Assembly: GCF_009914755.1 (NCBI RefSeq)
Contig: NC_060929.1
Source: the human T2T-CHM13v2.0 reference genome, Homo sapiens
Reading direction: 5' to 3' (one strand)
Length of the DNA stretch: 64,000 nucleotides
A program made the position numbers and the translations under genes. Each line of letters opens with the position of its first letter. Position 1 is the first letter of the stretch. Below the pieces are notes generated by a model. The model saw only the letters and a program-made list of their open reading frames with translations. It was not told the origin of the DNA and made no database searches. Positions 38,790 to 54,221 of this stretch are shown here, piece after piece.

Positions 38790-41700
38790 CGTTTCTGAAA
38801 GACACAAAAATAGACTTGAAGAAGTGAAAATACATGCTATATTCTTGCATAAGAAGACACAGCATTCTAAAAATTACAATTTCCTCCAAGCTACATAATA
38901 CATTTGATATAATCCCAATACAAATATCATAAGAATTGTTTGTAGCATTATACAAGTTCATTTTAAACTTCATTTAGAAAACTAACCATAAAGCAATATC
39001 CAGAGAAATCTTACAATGTATGGGGGAACTACTTCATCCAGATACTAAAATATATTATAAAGTCTCTATAATTAAACTATATGCTATGGACGTATCAATG
39101 ACCAGACATACTAGTAGAAGAGAGTAGGAAATTCAGAAAATGGATACTAGAGCATTGGGAAATTTGGAATATAATTAGCACAGCATCTCAGATCAGTGCT
39201 ATGAAAACTATATAGTCATATGGAATAGTGTAATTTTGAATCATTCCTCACATAATTTATCAGGATAAATTTCAAATGCATCAGAGGTTGGAACATTAAA
39301 AATATCACCATACAGGTAGTAGGACAAAATGGGAAAATTTCACTATAAATCAGAGTAGAAAACACTTTCCTAATTATGATTCAAAACCAAGAAGTAATAA
39401 AGAAAGTGGCAGACACATTTTTGTACATTAAAAAAAATCCTTATGGCAAACACAGACACAGACGAGTAAAAAGACAAATTGTAAACTAGAAAAAAATTAT
39501 CAAGACTATATTACAAATAAGAAGTTCATACCCTAAGAAATACAAAGAAAATTTAATATTTGAGGACCAAAAGACCAATTGCCCAATGAAAAATTTACAA
39601 AGAAACATAAATAACATATAAAGATGCTCGCTCTCACTCTCTCACTCATAATAAAAAATGCAAATTAAACCTATTATCAGATACCATTTCTCATCTATCC
39701 AATTGGCAAACATCTGAAAGTTTGACAGCATACTCTGTAGTTGGCTTGTGGGGAGTCAATCATTCTCATACATTGCTGGTGGGAATGTAAAATGACTCAA
39801 CCCAAGGGAATTTGATATCTAGCAAAATTACATACACAATTACCCTTTATCTCAGCAATCCCACTACTAGGAACTTTCCCAAAAATACACTGGCAATAGT
39901 ACAAAATGTGATACACAAAAATAATTTATCATAACAGTATTTGTAATAAGAAAATACTGGGAAAAATCAATGTGCATAATTACAGTACTGCTTGAATAAA
40001 CTTTAATGGAGTACTCTGCAGCTGTAAAATTGAACGAGGACAATCTCAGTCTACTGTGGTATAGTGATCACGAGGATAAATTATTAGGCTTAAATAAACA
40101 AGGTACAAAACAGTTTTATTACTATTACATAAAAAGAAGAGATAGAAGTATGTGTGTATGTGTGTATGTAAGCACAAATACACTTACATATGTAGGTATT
40201 GATATACACTCATGTATATATACACTTACATATATAGGTACATGCATATGTGTATATACATATATATTACAAAAAAACAGAAAGATAAACTAAGAATAGC
40301 AAAAAAAGTCACCTATTAAAGGAGGCAGACATAGAGATGAAAGTTAAACTCATCTTGAGTTTTGGCTTTGGAGCCTTGTAAATGTTTTACATTTTTAATA
40401 AACAAAAATAAAGATAAATAACAAAAGGCAACCCTATATTTTGAAAAGTAATTCAAGAAAATGAATCTAACTGTATATTAAGTTGGTGGCATAGCTACAT
40501 AAAATAGTATGTTGACAGATTTAAAAAACAATATTTTCATTATAATCCTTGTGGGATATATCCTAAGGACAAAAAGAACAACAAAGAAATCTTATATTGT
40601 ACTCAGTGATTTTATCATAAATTAAAATTCTGGCATTGTTATTTTGAAACTATTATGAGTATATTGTAGGACAAAAGAAATAAGTAATTTTGTTAACTGC
40701 AATAGGAACCAAGATTTTCAGATAAAGAGAAAGAGATGTGAACATAAAACAATTTAAATGAGTACCCTATAATCTGAAATCTGAGTTTCCAATATCCCTA
40801 TGAAGTCATGAAATATTTTCTCTATATAAAGAAGTATGAATTTTCAAGTTCTGAAAGGTCAAAAATAAATGGTAATTCAGTAACAATAGTCAACTGTAGA
40901 GTACTTGTTTTGGAATCAAATTGTCATTTTCTGCTAAATGAACGAAGGCTTTTTGGAGCAATGGGTGATTCCAGGTCTTGGAATATTCAAAATGAGCCTG
41001 GAACATCTTGTACCAAAAAAACAAGAAAGATTTCAGACTATTGCAGTTGTATTTTAAAAAAAAAAGGTACAAGAGCCAATAAACTCTGATTGGTTACAAA
41101 TTGAGTAATTTGAGCACCAGAAAGAATAATATTTGCAATTGATCAGAACACAGTGAGCATTTCTTTAAAAATCATTGGTTAACTGTGAAGTTGCTAAAAT
41201 ATCAACTCATTCTGCAAATTAATGAATAAAGGCAAATAATCAAACCTTTACCATCATTTTACAAATTATGTTTGGAGGGAACAATACTGATGAAAGGAAA
41301 ATTATTCTTTATAGAAGTATTTCAGCTACAAATGCAGAAAGAATAAAAAATTTAAAATCACAATACTGTGATCTCTAATGGAAACAAACATCTTAGCACT
41401 GATTGCCAATGGGCAACCATTTTGTGAAAGTCTTAGGAGAAACCCTGGAATAGATTGATGGGGCTTACAGCTCCGAACCCACCTGACTAAAAGTGAGGCT
41501 TCCTCCTGATATGATGCACTTGATGTTTCACAGCACTTCCTGAAGTGTCTTTTGAGGGTTTTTTGCTTCAAAAAAAAGTGAAGCTTAATCGAATGCTTCA
41601 GATTGAAATTTTACAAGAAATATGGAGAATGAATAAATTAGGTAAATCAGTAAATGATGCCACAAAGAAGCAACCAGAGAAATCTAGAATGTGAAAAAAT

Positions 41701-42125
41701 CCCGCCAGACCTAGTTTCATTTGCAATAAATAAATGTCAAGGGGAAAAAAAGGAGAGAAGAAACTGCTATAGAGAAAAAGAATTTACAAACATTAACAAA
41801 GTACATGTATAGACCTTGGTGAAATTGTAATTTGAACAACTGTAAAGATAATTTGGCAAATTTGAGCATGGACTGGATACTAGACGATATTGTTAATATT
41901 AGTTGTAATAATGATCATGTAAATATGAAAAAGTCATTCGCCATTAGAAATATATTTTGAAGAATTTATAGTTTCTGATTTTTTAAATACTTTAGAAAAA
42001 TGGGGAAGATAGATGAAATAAAATTGCAAGATGTTAATAATTATTGAAGCTAGATGATGGACACACAGTTTATTGTGTTATTTATTTTCTACTTTTGTTT
42101 GAAAAATACCATGATAAAAAACTGT
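38790..42125 (+). mobile_element. Old L1 (L1MC4/5- or L1ME-like): ORF2 end plus long 3'UTR
   Basis: tattcttgcataagaagac...cagataccatttctcatctatc...cattgctggtgggaatgtaaaatg...aggaaccaagattttcag...ttattgaagctagatgatgg. Confidence 0.8.
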
Positions 42126-42450
42126 TTTTAATTTATTGATTCTGGGCACTTCTATCTTATAACTACTAGTGACTGCTCCCCTTGTACAAACATTGCAGAA
42201 ACTGTATTCTTCAGCATGTGATTCATATCACATAAATTTCCATTGTTCTTTTTTTAAGTGAAATTTATTCTTTCATCAGACCTGGTACATTTACAGACAG
42301 AGTTTCAATATGTTCTGCTTCATATGCTTTCTTAATCCATTAAATAATATTATATAAGTGAGTTTCAGATTTAGGTTTTCTTCACAATGAAAATAAATGA
42401 AACACAATTATGCCTGTGAAGGACCCTCTACTTTTATGTGATATTTTATC

Positions 42451-42716
42451 TCAACAGTTACCAACCTGTGGATCCTGAACCTTTGGAAAACCACAGAGAA
42501 AATCAAGCAGCCATGAAATGAACTGTGTGTGTAACCCCTATAATATTTTACACATATAAGTAGTATTAAAGTAAGAGTTTACTGAGCTGCCTTTATAATT
42601 AAATAAAATCTCAATTAGTGAATATTTAAATTACAACGACTCCTCTTATATAAGGTTATGTTTTTCTTTACATGAACAAAAAATGCCCTAATTATTAACA
42701 ATATTGAAGACCGCTG
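42451..42716. mobile_element. Possible hAT-Charlie MITE remnant
   Basis: Ends caacagttaccaacc / ttgaagaccgctg resemble degenerate CAGTGGTTC... TIRs. Confidence 0.35.
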
Positions 42717-42778
42717 ACTACTTGGTTCTGACACTATTTAGTGTTTAATTTTCAGGTATTTTAGAAATAGCAGTGATT

Positions 42779-42805
42779 TGTGTGTGTGTGTGTGTGTGTG
42801 TGTGT
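42779..42805. repeat. (TG)n microsatellite
   Basis: Read directly. Confidence 0.95.
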
Positions 42806-45582
42806 TTAAAGAAAATAATCCCTAAGGGGTCCCTATTCAAAAGATTTCCTGCAGATGCATCATGAGTGGTCCTTCATCATTCCCTGAGACGAACTCCTCT
42901 CTACGAAATGCTAATAGGTAGAATACCATGTGAATGAAGCCATGTGGACTTGTGCAACACAGTGACTCTGAGCCTCAGGAACCTTTTCTCCCTAAGACTA
43001 CACAATGCAAAAATGCTGTTCTCTTTTTGTATCACAATCACGTCAAGTTTTAGGATAATTTTTGTAACAAGTAGTAAACCAAGAAAGATATAATATACCA
43101 ATACCAATAAATAAGATTGTAGCCAATATCAATAAATAAGATTGTACCCTCTTATGGTAGAAACTGAACCTTCTCTGGATTTTACCTAAATCTGGTCTCC
43201 AGCATGACTGTAGAACACTGAAGGAACTAGACTGAGTGAAGAAAATATGCTGGTGCCCAGTGGACTCCACATGCTGGAGATTGGCTGCATATTCATGAAT
43301 GCTGATTATTATTTAGACCAGATGAAACCCTATTTTTTTCTAGATGCTTCTTAACTATTTTACAGATATCCACAATGAATTGTTTACACTATCCTCATGA
43401 ACAAGATACTTGTCACTTATTTTTTTTTCACTTTGATGTTCTCTTCCAAATAGTTTCCCTTTCTTAAGATGAACATTGTTAGACATAATTATAAGCATCT
43501 AAAGGCACACTGCTTTACCAAGTAAAATGCAAGATTCTTGTTCTTGTTCTCTCGTTGTTTATAAAGAGTTAAATCAAACACTTTGTGTGAGGGTAATGTG
43601 TGTATATGTCAGGGAAGCTATAATTGACTGTAGAATTTCTTCTCTTCTGATGCCAAGACAATATTGGAGGAAACCTGAGTCCTAAAACTTGAGATTCCAA
43701 TGGTACCATTGCAGTCAGGGTGAGGCATGAAAAGCTGTTTGAAGTAAGAGTAGGATGAAAGAATGGATCTATCACTATCTCAAAGAAACCTAAAATTAGA
43801 ATGGGGAATAAGAGAGATTGATATTATCTCCCTAGCTGCATTTTTTATACTTGTTCTCCTTAAATTATTATCTACCTGGGCCTCTGTTTATGCTTGCTTT
43901 TCTTTGAGATAGTATGGGGTAAAGAAATTATTATTAGGAAATATTTCTCTATATAAAAATGCTTAGTTTATGTATGAAGAACCAGTTACCCTACCTTTAA
44001 TTTTGCCTGTAGCCAAATGAATTTTTAATATTTAATACTTGTAGATAAATGTATTTAAGATCAGAGTTGTGAAATATTTATAGAGAAAGAGCTGATGATG
44101 AACTCAATACCAAACCCCAGGCCTCTGGGTCACTTTTATAAACCTGATAACTATAAATTCAGAGGTGAAATGAATGGAGGGATAAAAAAAAAAAGTAACA
44201 TGAACCCAAGATTGAAATGACTACCTAAGAGACCAGTTAAAATAGATTAGTACCCTTGTAGCAGTTACTGATGACATTTTAAAGAACCAATTGACCAATA
44301 TGGAATAACATAAAGCAAGAAAGCACTATCTGATGGAGGTGACACTCGGGATAGGTTTTCTTACGGTTTTGTTTTTTCTCTGAAGCACAAACTCTGCTCA
44401 GACCCCTATGTGTCAAAACTGACTAAGCCAATAAATTGGCTTCCATAGAACTTCACTTTGTTTTTTTCATTTGTAAAGTAGAAAAATGAAAGGACAGTTG
44501 TCCTTTACTAGAAAACTAATAAAACTTATTTTTGAAAGCTAAAACTATACCCCTGCTGAAGATAAAGTACTATGGAAGGTCTAAAACTATTAACAAGTAA
44601 AAAATAAATCTGATTTTATAATAAAAATATTTCATGGGAATTATTACCTTTGTCATTTGGTATTTCAAAATATCTGGTTAAAAAAACAAACAATCTAATT
44701 TCATTAATTCTCCTTTTTTAATAATCAAAAGATAACACATTCTCCTTTATTATACCATATTATTAAGTGCATAACAGGGTTAGCTACAGATTAGCCATTG
44801 GGCACATGTCTATGGATTGATTAGTTGATACACTGAAACTCTATTCACACCAGAAACTATGCCCCTAAGTATTGTTTCTCTTTCTTGCTACCTATAACGT
44901 GCTCCCTGGTTACTTCATTCATCCCAGTTAGAAGGACGAATGTGTGGGCATGCTAACAATAAAATTCCTGTCCCAAGATCTTTAAGCTAATATAGACAAT
45001 TGAATTTTTAAAAGCATTCTGGAGTTTGAGTCACTTAAATGGGACTTGATAAAGCTATGCATACATTAGGATTGGTTTAGAGAAAAATATTGGTAATGCC
45101 CAAAGGATGCTCATCTGAATTTGTGTCATTAGTTATTCTTCTAAGACCCGCCTCTTCTTCTTTAAAATGCATGCATCACTGAACAGCAACCATCACCCAA
45201 TATTTTAATGAAGAGACACAAAAAAAATTAAGCATGAAAGAATCTTCCAAAAATGAACATAAAAAATAGATAAGCCATTTTTGGTGATGATGAAAACATA
45301 AATGCCCATGGGAGCTAAGTAGGTAATATAGATGAGTAGACTGAAATGATCCAGTTGTAAGAATAACAATAGAGCAAGGGCAACTAAAAAAGGGCAACAG
45401 AGCAAAGACAACTAAGAAACACCAGGGAGTAGTAGAAACTGTAACTGTCCTCAGACCACAAATACTGTTCACAGGGAAGTCATGGCTTGGCACCAACAGA
45501 GAGTGGCCATGAGGATGCTTTTTAAGGAGCAGGCAGAAATCTATATTCTGTTTGCAATCTCTCCATTTTTAAGTATAGTAAC

Positions 45583-46282
<700 letters not shown>

Positions 46283-46499
46283 CTAAGTAATTCAAAAAAC
46301 AATGAGGCCATCATAACAACCAAAGAAAACTGATTTGTTTGGAGTCAAGTTCATTTACTAAGATGATGTAACCCCTTAGTCATGACATTACCATTTAGAA
46401 AAGTAAGATGGGTTAGCCCACTATTTAACAATTATTGCCATTAAATGGTGAAGCATACACAGAATTTTGAGGGATGTGCAAAACAGTTTTTATTTTTCC

Positions 46500-46890
46500 T
46501 TTTTTTTTTTTTGAAATTTTATTGAGTTCAGGGGTACATGTACAGGTTTGTTATACAGGTAAACTTATGCCATGGGTGCCTGTTATATAGATTATTTTGT
46601 CACCCAGGTATTAAGCCTAGTATCCATTAATTTTATATCCTAATCCTCTCCCTCTTCCTACCCTCTACCCTCAAGTAGGCCCCAGTGTCTGTTGGTCCCC
46701 TCTATGTGTCCATATGTTCTCATCATTTGGCTCCCACTTATAAGTGATAGCATGAGGTATTTGGTTTTTTGTTCCTGAGGTAGTTTCCTAAAAATAATGG
46801 CTTCCAGCTCCATCCATGTTCCTGCAAAGAACATGATCTTGTTCTTCATGGCTGCATAGTATTCCATGATGTATATATACCACATTTTCT
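46500..46890 (-). mobile_element. L1PA13-16-like 3' end with tail
   Basis: Poly(T), then ttcaggggtacatgt...cccaggtattaagcctagt...ccctcaagtaggcccc. Confidence 0.9.
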
Positions 46891-47210
46891 AAGTTCCAAG
46901 ACACATGTGCAAGATGTGCAAGTTTGTTACATAGGTAACCATGTGCCATAGTGGTTTGCTGCACCCATCGGCCCATCACCTAAACATTAAGCCCAGCATG
47001 CATTAGCAATTTATCCTGATGCTCTCCCTTGCCCTGCTACCCCCTGCCCATGACAGGTCCCAGTGTGTGTTGCTCCCCACTCTATGTTCATGTGTTCTCA
47101 TTGTTCAGCTCCACTTATGAATGAGAACATGCAGTGTCTGGCTTTCTGTTCCTGCATAAGTTAGCTGAGGATAATGGCTTCCAGGTCCATCCGTGTCCCT
47201 GCAAAGGACA
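46889..47210 (-). mobile_element. L1PA8-11-like 3'UTR without its own tail
   Basis: aagttcc...ggtttgctgcacccatc...ttaagcccagcatgcattagc...gtccctgcaaaggaca. Confidence 0.88.
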
Positions 47211-49014
47211 TATTTTTCTTTCCAGTTATGGAGTTATGGCTCTGTCTATACAGAGCCATACCTTATACCTTATGTTAAGCCTGCCTTAACATACATAAAA
47301 GTTGTTTCTCTCAGATCTCACTTCCCAACCTGTGTTTCCTATAAGGTACTCTCAGACTGATCCCTTCTCTACCCAGCCCGGAGAGTCCTCTTGCTTTTTG
47401 TTCATGGTTATTGTCCCAGGCTACCATTAGCGCTGTGTTTTTGCCCCATGGAAATGGCAGGAGATAGAGTTGTTCCAGAATTTCTACACAGATAGCATTT
47501 AGGAGCAATAATCTGTCAAATGAGGTGAAGTGGGAAGTGGAGGCTAGGAGATAGATTAAAACTTCATTTATTGAGTGAGCATTTTGTTAATGAACAGTTT
47601 TTTTTTGTTTGTTTCCTTTTTTTTTCTTTTTTTTTTGCGTGTGTGGTGGTTTATTGTGGCTTTGGGAGTAGTGGCTAGCAGACATCACCATTTTAGTGCT
47701 GCTAGTAGGGACGAGATAGTCCGCCAGTCAGTTTCCACCTACAGGAGGAGGAAATGAAGGAAAAATTGTTCTTCTAGGCCTAAACCCAGGGTGAAATAGC
47801 TACTACAGAAGCTAATATTTGATTGCTAATATTGTCTATCAATTTCTGTAGGACTCTGGTATATTTTGCTTAAAGAATCTATTTTTTTTCTTTATAGCAA
47901 CAGCTCCATATGTTGATGTGAACTGTGACTCCAGGAGAACGGTGGAAAAGTGTCTTGATCCAGGAAGGAAGGGGTATAGAGAAAATATGAGTCTCACCAC
48001 ACTAGAAGCAACATATGCAAAATCCATCAAACACACCATAAAATCAATGTGGGAGTAACAACACCTTGGCCTACTGCTCCCTGAAAAGTTTTTCTCTCGT
48101 CAAGTGATGACAGGCGTACATTTGTAAATAAATTACCAAGTTGCTTTTGATTTGATGGAGAAGGAAGAAAAGGATTGTCTCCTGGAAGTATTTTTATTGT
48201 CTTAATAGGTAGGATAATATCTCTGTTCAGCAAACTGAGATCTTTTGAGAATCTTAACAAATGTATACCCCTCCCTCTCACCTTTTCCTCTCTGGTGTAT
48301 TTCATAGGCAGCTTTGCTAACTGACTGCACTACTACAAATAGATTCTGTCACTTTAGAAATAGGATTTTTCCTTTTATAGGCAGATTGATGGACTAAGTG
48401 TCAAGGTTTTAGAACAGTAGCATGACTGGGGCAGACACTATAAACCATAAATCCAGTATTGACAAATGTTCTAGCCAATCCAGATTTTCTATTTGTTAAA
48501 TTGCCTTTATGAAGTCATACTTGTGCAGCACAGAATATGGAAAATAATTGACAAGTTCTGAGAAGCCAGTTACTGAGCTCATAGTTTAATAAAGAAAATG
48601 TTAATGAACACTTGAGTATTATAAATTGTTATAAGAAGATTCTCTCTTCATTGTTTGCCAAAGTATGCTAATAATTCTTGACTGACTAATAAGCAGAGGT
48701 CATTCTAGATCTACAGATTTTGAAAGTTGGAACTTTTTATTTGTACCTTTTGTTTCACTTGTCAAAGTGAGCTAGTAACATAGAATAAACTATAAAAAAT
48801 ATGTAACAGAATCATAGCTTGAAAAACATCTTCTTAGAATTCAAATTTAATATAAATATTTTAAGAAAATTATATTTATGCCATTGTAAAAACATTACTT
48901 GGGGACTCCCTAAAAAAAGGTAATAAGGTATCTCTCAAAAAAGCATCAGAATCAAAGAATATCCAGCAGCCAACAATTCTCATTTTATAACCCTAATTCC
49001 AATATTTGCACTAG

Positions 49015-50025
<1,011 letters not shown>

Positions 50026-50145
50026 GTAAAACACATTGTTATTTTATGTACCGCTAAAAAACAAAACACTACTAATTATAATTGTAAGAAGCATTTTGAT
50101 TTCAGAAATATTACAGTAGTATAAAAGGTACATCTCACAATTGAT
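50026..50145 (-). mobile_element. MER104 (TcMar-Tc2) fragment; the remainder is probably at 48999-49026
   Basis: ttattttatgtaccgctaa...aattataattgtaagaagcattttgatttcagaaat resembles antisense MER104. Confidence 0.7.
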
Positions 50146-50989
50146 TTGGCAGAAGATTTCAAGGAAAATCTCTAAATCTTTACAGAGCAGTATATTGGAA
50201 GCAAGCAGCTAAGGGAATATGATGGAGTTCAGTAGTTGACATTTTCTTGCTATTTCTCATATCAAAGTGAACTCCTATTTTGGAGTTCAGAAAGAGATGT
50301 TAATCTGATTTCTGCTTTTCATAGAAAAGAGTAGGTAATGTAAGGCAAACCCAACACATCCTATCTTTACTATGCTGGGATTTTGCTAAATGTTTGAAAA
50401 ACAAATTCAGATCAAGGAAAAAACCGTCCAGGCATAAATAAACAAGCAATCAACTAGGACCTAATGAAAATAATCATTGAACTACTCATGCTGCAGAGCA
50501 CAAAAAAATCTCCAATATAGCACTGTCCATTTTAAATATGCTCAGTTTGAACTTTCTTTGAAAATACCACATGTGTTTGGGCAGCTGTCATCTTTTAGAA
50601 GTTCATATTCACTTTGTACCCTTCCTGTTCCCATGGGCAGACTAAGCTGAACATGCTTTTAGAAGAGCATTCCCCTTGCACTTCTATAGACATGCACTGA
50701 CTGATGTCAGAGGCAATGGGGTCTTGGAATAGGGTATCCTATATCTGAAAAAAATCCAAAAGAAAAAAAAAAGAATAGACTTCTTCTGACACTGGGAAGG
50801 ACATTTTATTAGGAACCTAAACTTTTTTTTATCTAAGAAGAAAGATATAAATCCCAAACAAAGCTTTAAACAAAAAGGAGAAATTCCCTGCTTAGGTTTC
50901 TACCACAAAAACAAACTTTGGTTCCAGATTTATTTATGGAAATATACCTTTTCCAAATCCTTTTTCTTGTTTTCACTAAAACAATATGT

Positions 50990-52000
50990 AACCTCTCCAC
51001 TGAGACTTAAACTCCATATATCCATCTTTCTACTTATCTCTCCTCGGATGTCTAGTAAGTGTCAATAACTTAATATGGCCAAATCACTGTGTTCTAACTC
51101 TGTCCTCTTGTCTTCCCTATTATTTACTGTTACATATGACATTGCCATCCACCCAGATGTCCAAACAAGAAACCTAGGAATATACCTTGATTTCTTATTT
51201 AATTTCACCTCCTACATCTACTCCAGCATCAGTACAAAATATACCAAAATCCTTTAGTCCAATTTTCCCATTTATCAGTAATATCCTGAAGAGGCTACTA
51301 TGATTTCCTGCCTGGTTCTCTAGTTTGTTCTTTCATAGCCCCTAATCCTTTTTCCACACAACCACAAAGAAGTTTCTTTCCCAAATCTCAGCTCCTGTGC
51401 CACTTCTTAAATGTAAATCAGGTTGTTACTACCCTAAGTCTTCAAATCATTTCCAATTGCATTTCAATTACTAGTTACTTCACCCTCTACACTTCAGTTT
51501 TATCATCTGTAAAATGAGACTAATAATGATACTACTTCATACAATAGCTATGAAGATAAAATGAAGATAGGTAAAACTATCAGAATAGTGCTTGGCACAT
51601 AGGCAATGCCACGCAGAGCAGAGTTGCTGTTGTTTACAACTCAAATGTAAACCCCTTACCAGGTCTGACCCTCTCCCTCCTCTTCCACTACGTCTCTTAC
51701 CACTATTCCATTCCTCCAATGATCTGGTCTCCTTCGTCTTTCTCAAGCACATTTGGCTCATTTCCTTCTTGAGGCCTTGAACCTTCTGTCCTTCCTGTAA
51801 TCATTAGCACCCAACCCTCTTTTTGGCTTGTTGCTTTTTATTTTCCAAGTCTCAGATCCTCTGACATTTCTTAATGAGACTTTCCCTGACCACCCAAAGT
51901 AAAATTAGCACATCACCCTGCTTTATTTCCTTCATAGCACTTTTAATTTCTAAATTTATTCATCATCTTCATCTCCATGTCACTAGATGAAATCAGGGCA
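50990..52000 (+). mobile_element. L2 fragments with a nested MIR
   Basis: ccatccacccagatgtccaaacaagaaacctaggaa...tttccctgaccaccc...ctgctttatttccttcatagcactt. Confidence 0.75.
51468..51630 (+). mobile_element. MIR
   Basis: cttcagttttatcatctgtaaaatgaga...agaatagtgcttggcacatagg. Confidence 0.8.
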
Positions 52001-52009
52001 TGTTGTTGT

Positions 52010-52175
52010 TACTAGCCTTCTGACTTTGGGCAAGTGTTTAACCACTGTGGGTCACAGTTCCTCCATATGTAAACTGGGTAAATTTATACCTTCATTATAG
52101 AATTATGAGACTTAAAGTAGTTAATCCATATAAAGTATCTAGGACTGTCTCACAAATAAGTGCTTATCATATAAT
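52010..52175 (+). mobile_element. MIR
   Basis: tgactttgggcaagtgtttaacc...cagttcctccatatgtaaactggg...aagtgctta. Confidence 0.8.
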
Positions 52176-52315
52176 GACTTCTTTAAAACAAAAAAATAAA
52201 TGAAATGTGTTATATAAAGATATTTCATATCTGATGTGAGAGCTCATTAAAAGTGGAGATTGATGGGACATTAGCCTGATACTCAGAGAAAGATGCTGTG
52301 AGAGTACCTTTCAAG

Positions 52316-52891
52316 TGTCAAGGAAGAAGTAGGTCCAACCTGTCGGAAACCTGAGATTTTCTGAGTCTCCATTGTGGATTATGATTTTTATCCACTAAAA
52401 GACATGAAACTTTGGTCTCAGAAGAGAAGTTGTAAGGCCTCCCTACTGTTTTCCTTTCTTGAAGTCTGGAACTGTTGGTCCAGCTGGACTGGACAGCTAG
52501 AGAAAGGTAGTAAGGCCTCTGGTTAATGTCAGTGCCTTTGGTGTGCAAACTCCCAAGATGAGCTCCCAACTTCCCCTAATACTGTTTTATACGCCTAGAG
52601 ATGCCCCACAACAGTTTTGTTTTATTTTACTTAGTAAACTATGTCCTCCTCACACACTTGGACTAGCCTAAATATATGTAAGTTGGTTCAGAGGTGAAGT
52701 TTCCCCCCACTGAAGAGCTCCTTGTAGCACATCCAACCTGCTACAGGCAACATTCTTGATTGAACAACTCCCTGGACCCAGAGTATATCATACTTTCTGC
52801 TAATTCTCTGCTTTTAAGTTATCATCAATAAATCTTATTATGGCTAATACACCATGTCATTAGTGGTGTGGGCTACCATGTACCTTGAACA
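52316..52891 (+). mobile_element. Candidate ancient solo LTR, family not assigned
   Basis: TGTCAAGG...CCTTGAACA inverted ends; TATA-like at ~52671; AATAAA ~60 bp from the end. Confidence 0.5.
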
Positions 52892-54221
52892 AAGCTCAAA
52901 AAATATCTACCACTTTTTCTACTCAAAGCTTTTTATGCAACTAGTAAAATCACCAATCCATTTATGCCTGAGATACAGCTAATATCACAGAAAATAAATT
53001 GCAGTTTGGAGAGGTTGTCTATTCTAGTATCAGCCTGAGATATTTTCCTGACATCTCATTTTAATTATAGAAGACATAATTAATAAAATTGCATCCTGGT
53101 TACCCTCAAATCTGTCCATGGTCCAGTTTTACCCTTTGACTTGTGTCCAAATGACACCAATTTTGTTAAGGCGCAGCTCTGGATTCAGAGGTAAACACAT
53201 TCATCTTCTCATTAGGTCTGATGAAATCTATCTGCAGGAAGGTTATGTGCCAAGACACTGATATTTGCCAAGAGGATGCACTGCTATAAACTTCATCTCT
53301 GAAAGTCTTCCAGTTGGAAAAAAGTTAGAAGGCTTCCTCCAGAGAAAATGAACTAAGAGGAAAGATTTGAGTCTTTTGGTTTAGGAATTTTACCTAGAGT
53401 TAGTTCCTCTTGAGGGAAATTCAGTGTATCTGTTCTTAGCAGTTCTACAAAGACTTGAGATCTTTCAAGACAAACATTATGGTCTTATATAAATTCAAGT
53501 AAACTTTCTTTGGGAATATAGCCAAGGGAAGTAAATTTGCAAAGAAGTTATAAGAGTTCACTAGAACTTGACTCTTAAAAGAATAAAATATGCATATTTA
53601 CTCTTGCTTAACATCAGATGAAATCTAACTAGGAATATAAAAGATATGTAAAATAAAATACAGAAAAAAACTGGAAATTATCTTCAACTTTTATGAACAC
53701 ATGAAGGTAATCATATCACACAAGATGGGCCCAGAAATATAGAGAACTATTTATTATAACAAGATCTACACCCTCCAAGCAGGATCTAGAGAAAGGTCCC
53801 AAATCAATAGTCACCCAACAGGTTACTCCCAAGACGAACATTCTAATGAGTGATTCCTAGAAGTGTCAACACTGACAATTGCTAAGTTCGGGCAATGGCA
53901 GTCTTTTCTGAGTTAGCAGGAACCTGTCACTGCACCCTGGTTTTACATTAGGCTAATAATAATTACTACTTTTTCATATATCTTCTTATGTGCTATCTGA
54001 CTTACACAGACTCATATTAGAAGCCCATGAGCCAATTATTTATATTTCCATTTGGCAAGGTAATAAAATGTATTTATTCTCAGAAATAACTTACCAAAGG
54101 CATCTGCATTAATTACATTTTTCATGTTAACTACAGCACAAATTCAGTGTGTAATTAGCAAGGCACAAACAACAGAGATTAAAAATGGCAAAAAATTGCG
54201 ACAAAAATATGTTACAGGGGA

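Noticed and set aside
43200-43275. SECIS or C/D snoRNA interpretation of the stem
   Set aside because: ATGA is present but helix II does not pair, and there is no RTGATGA/CTGA pair at the stem ends.
45371-45415. Imperfect 17-bp direct repeat agagcaa(g/a)g(g/a)caactaa
   Set aside because: Ordinary small tandem duplication; only two copies, so not an array.
47898-48058. Strong plus-strand acceptor followed by 52 open codons
   Set aside because: Peptide not recognised, no clear donor, and the length is within chance.
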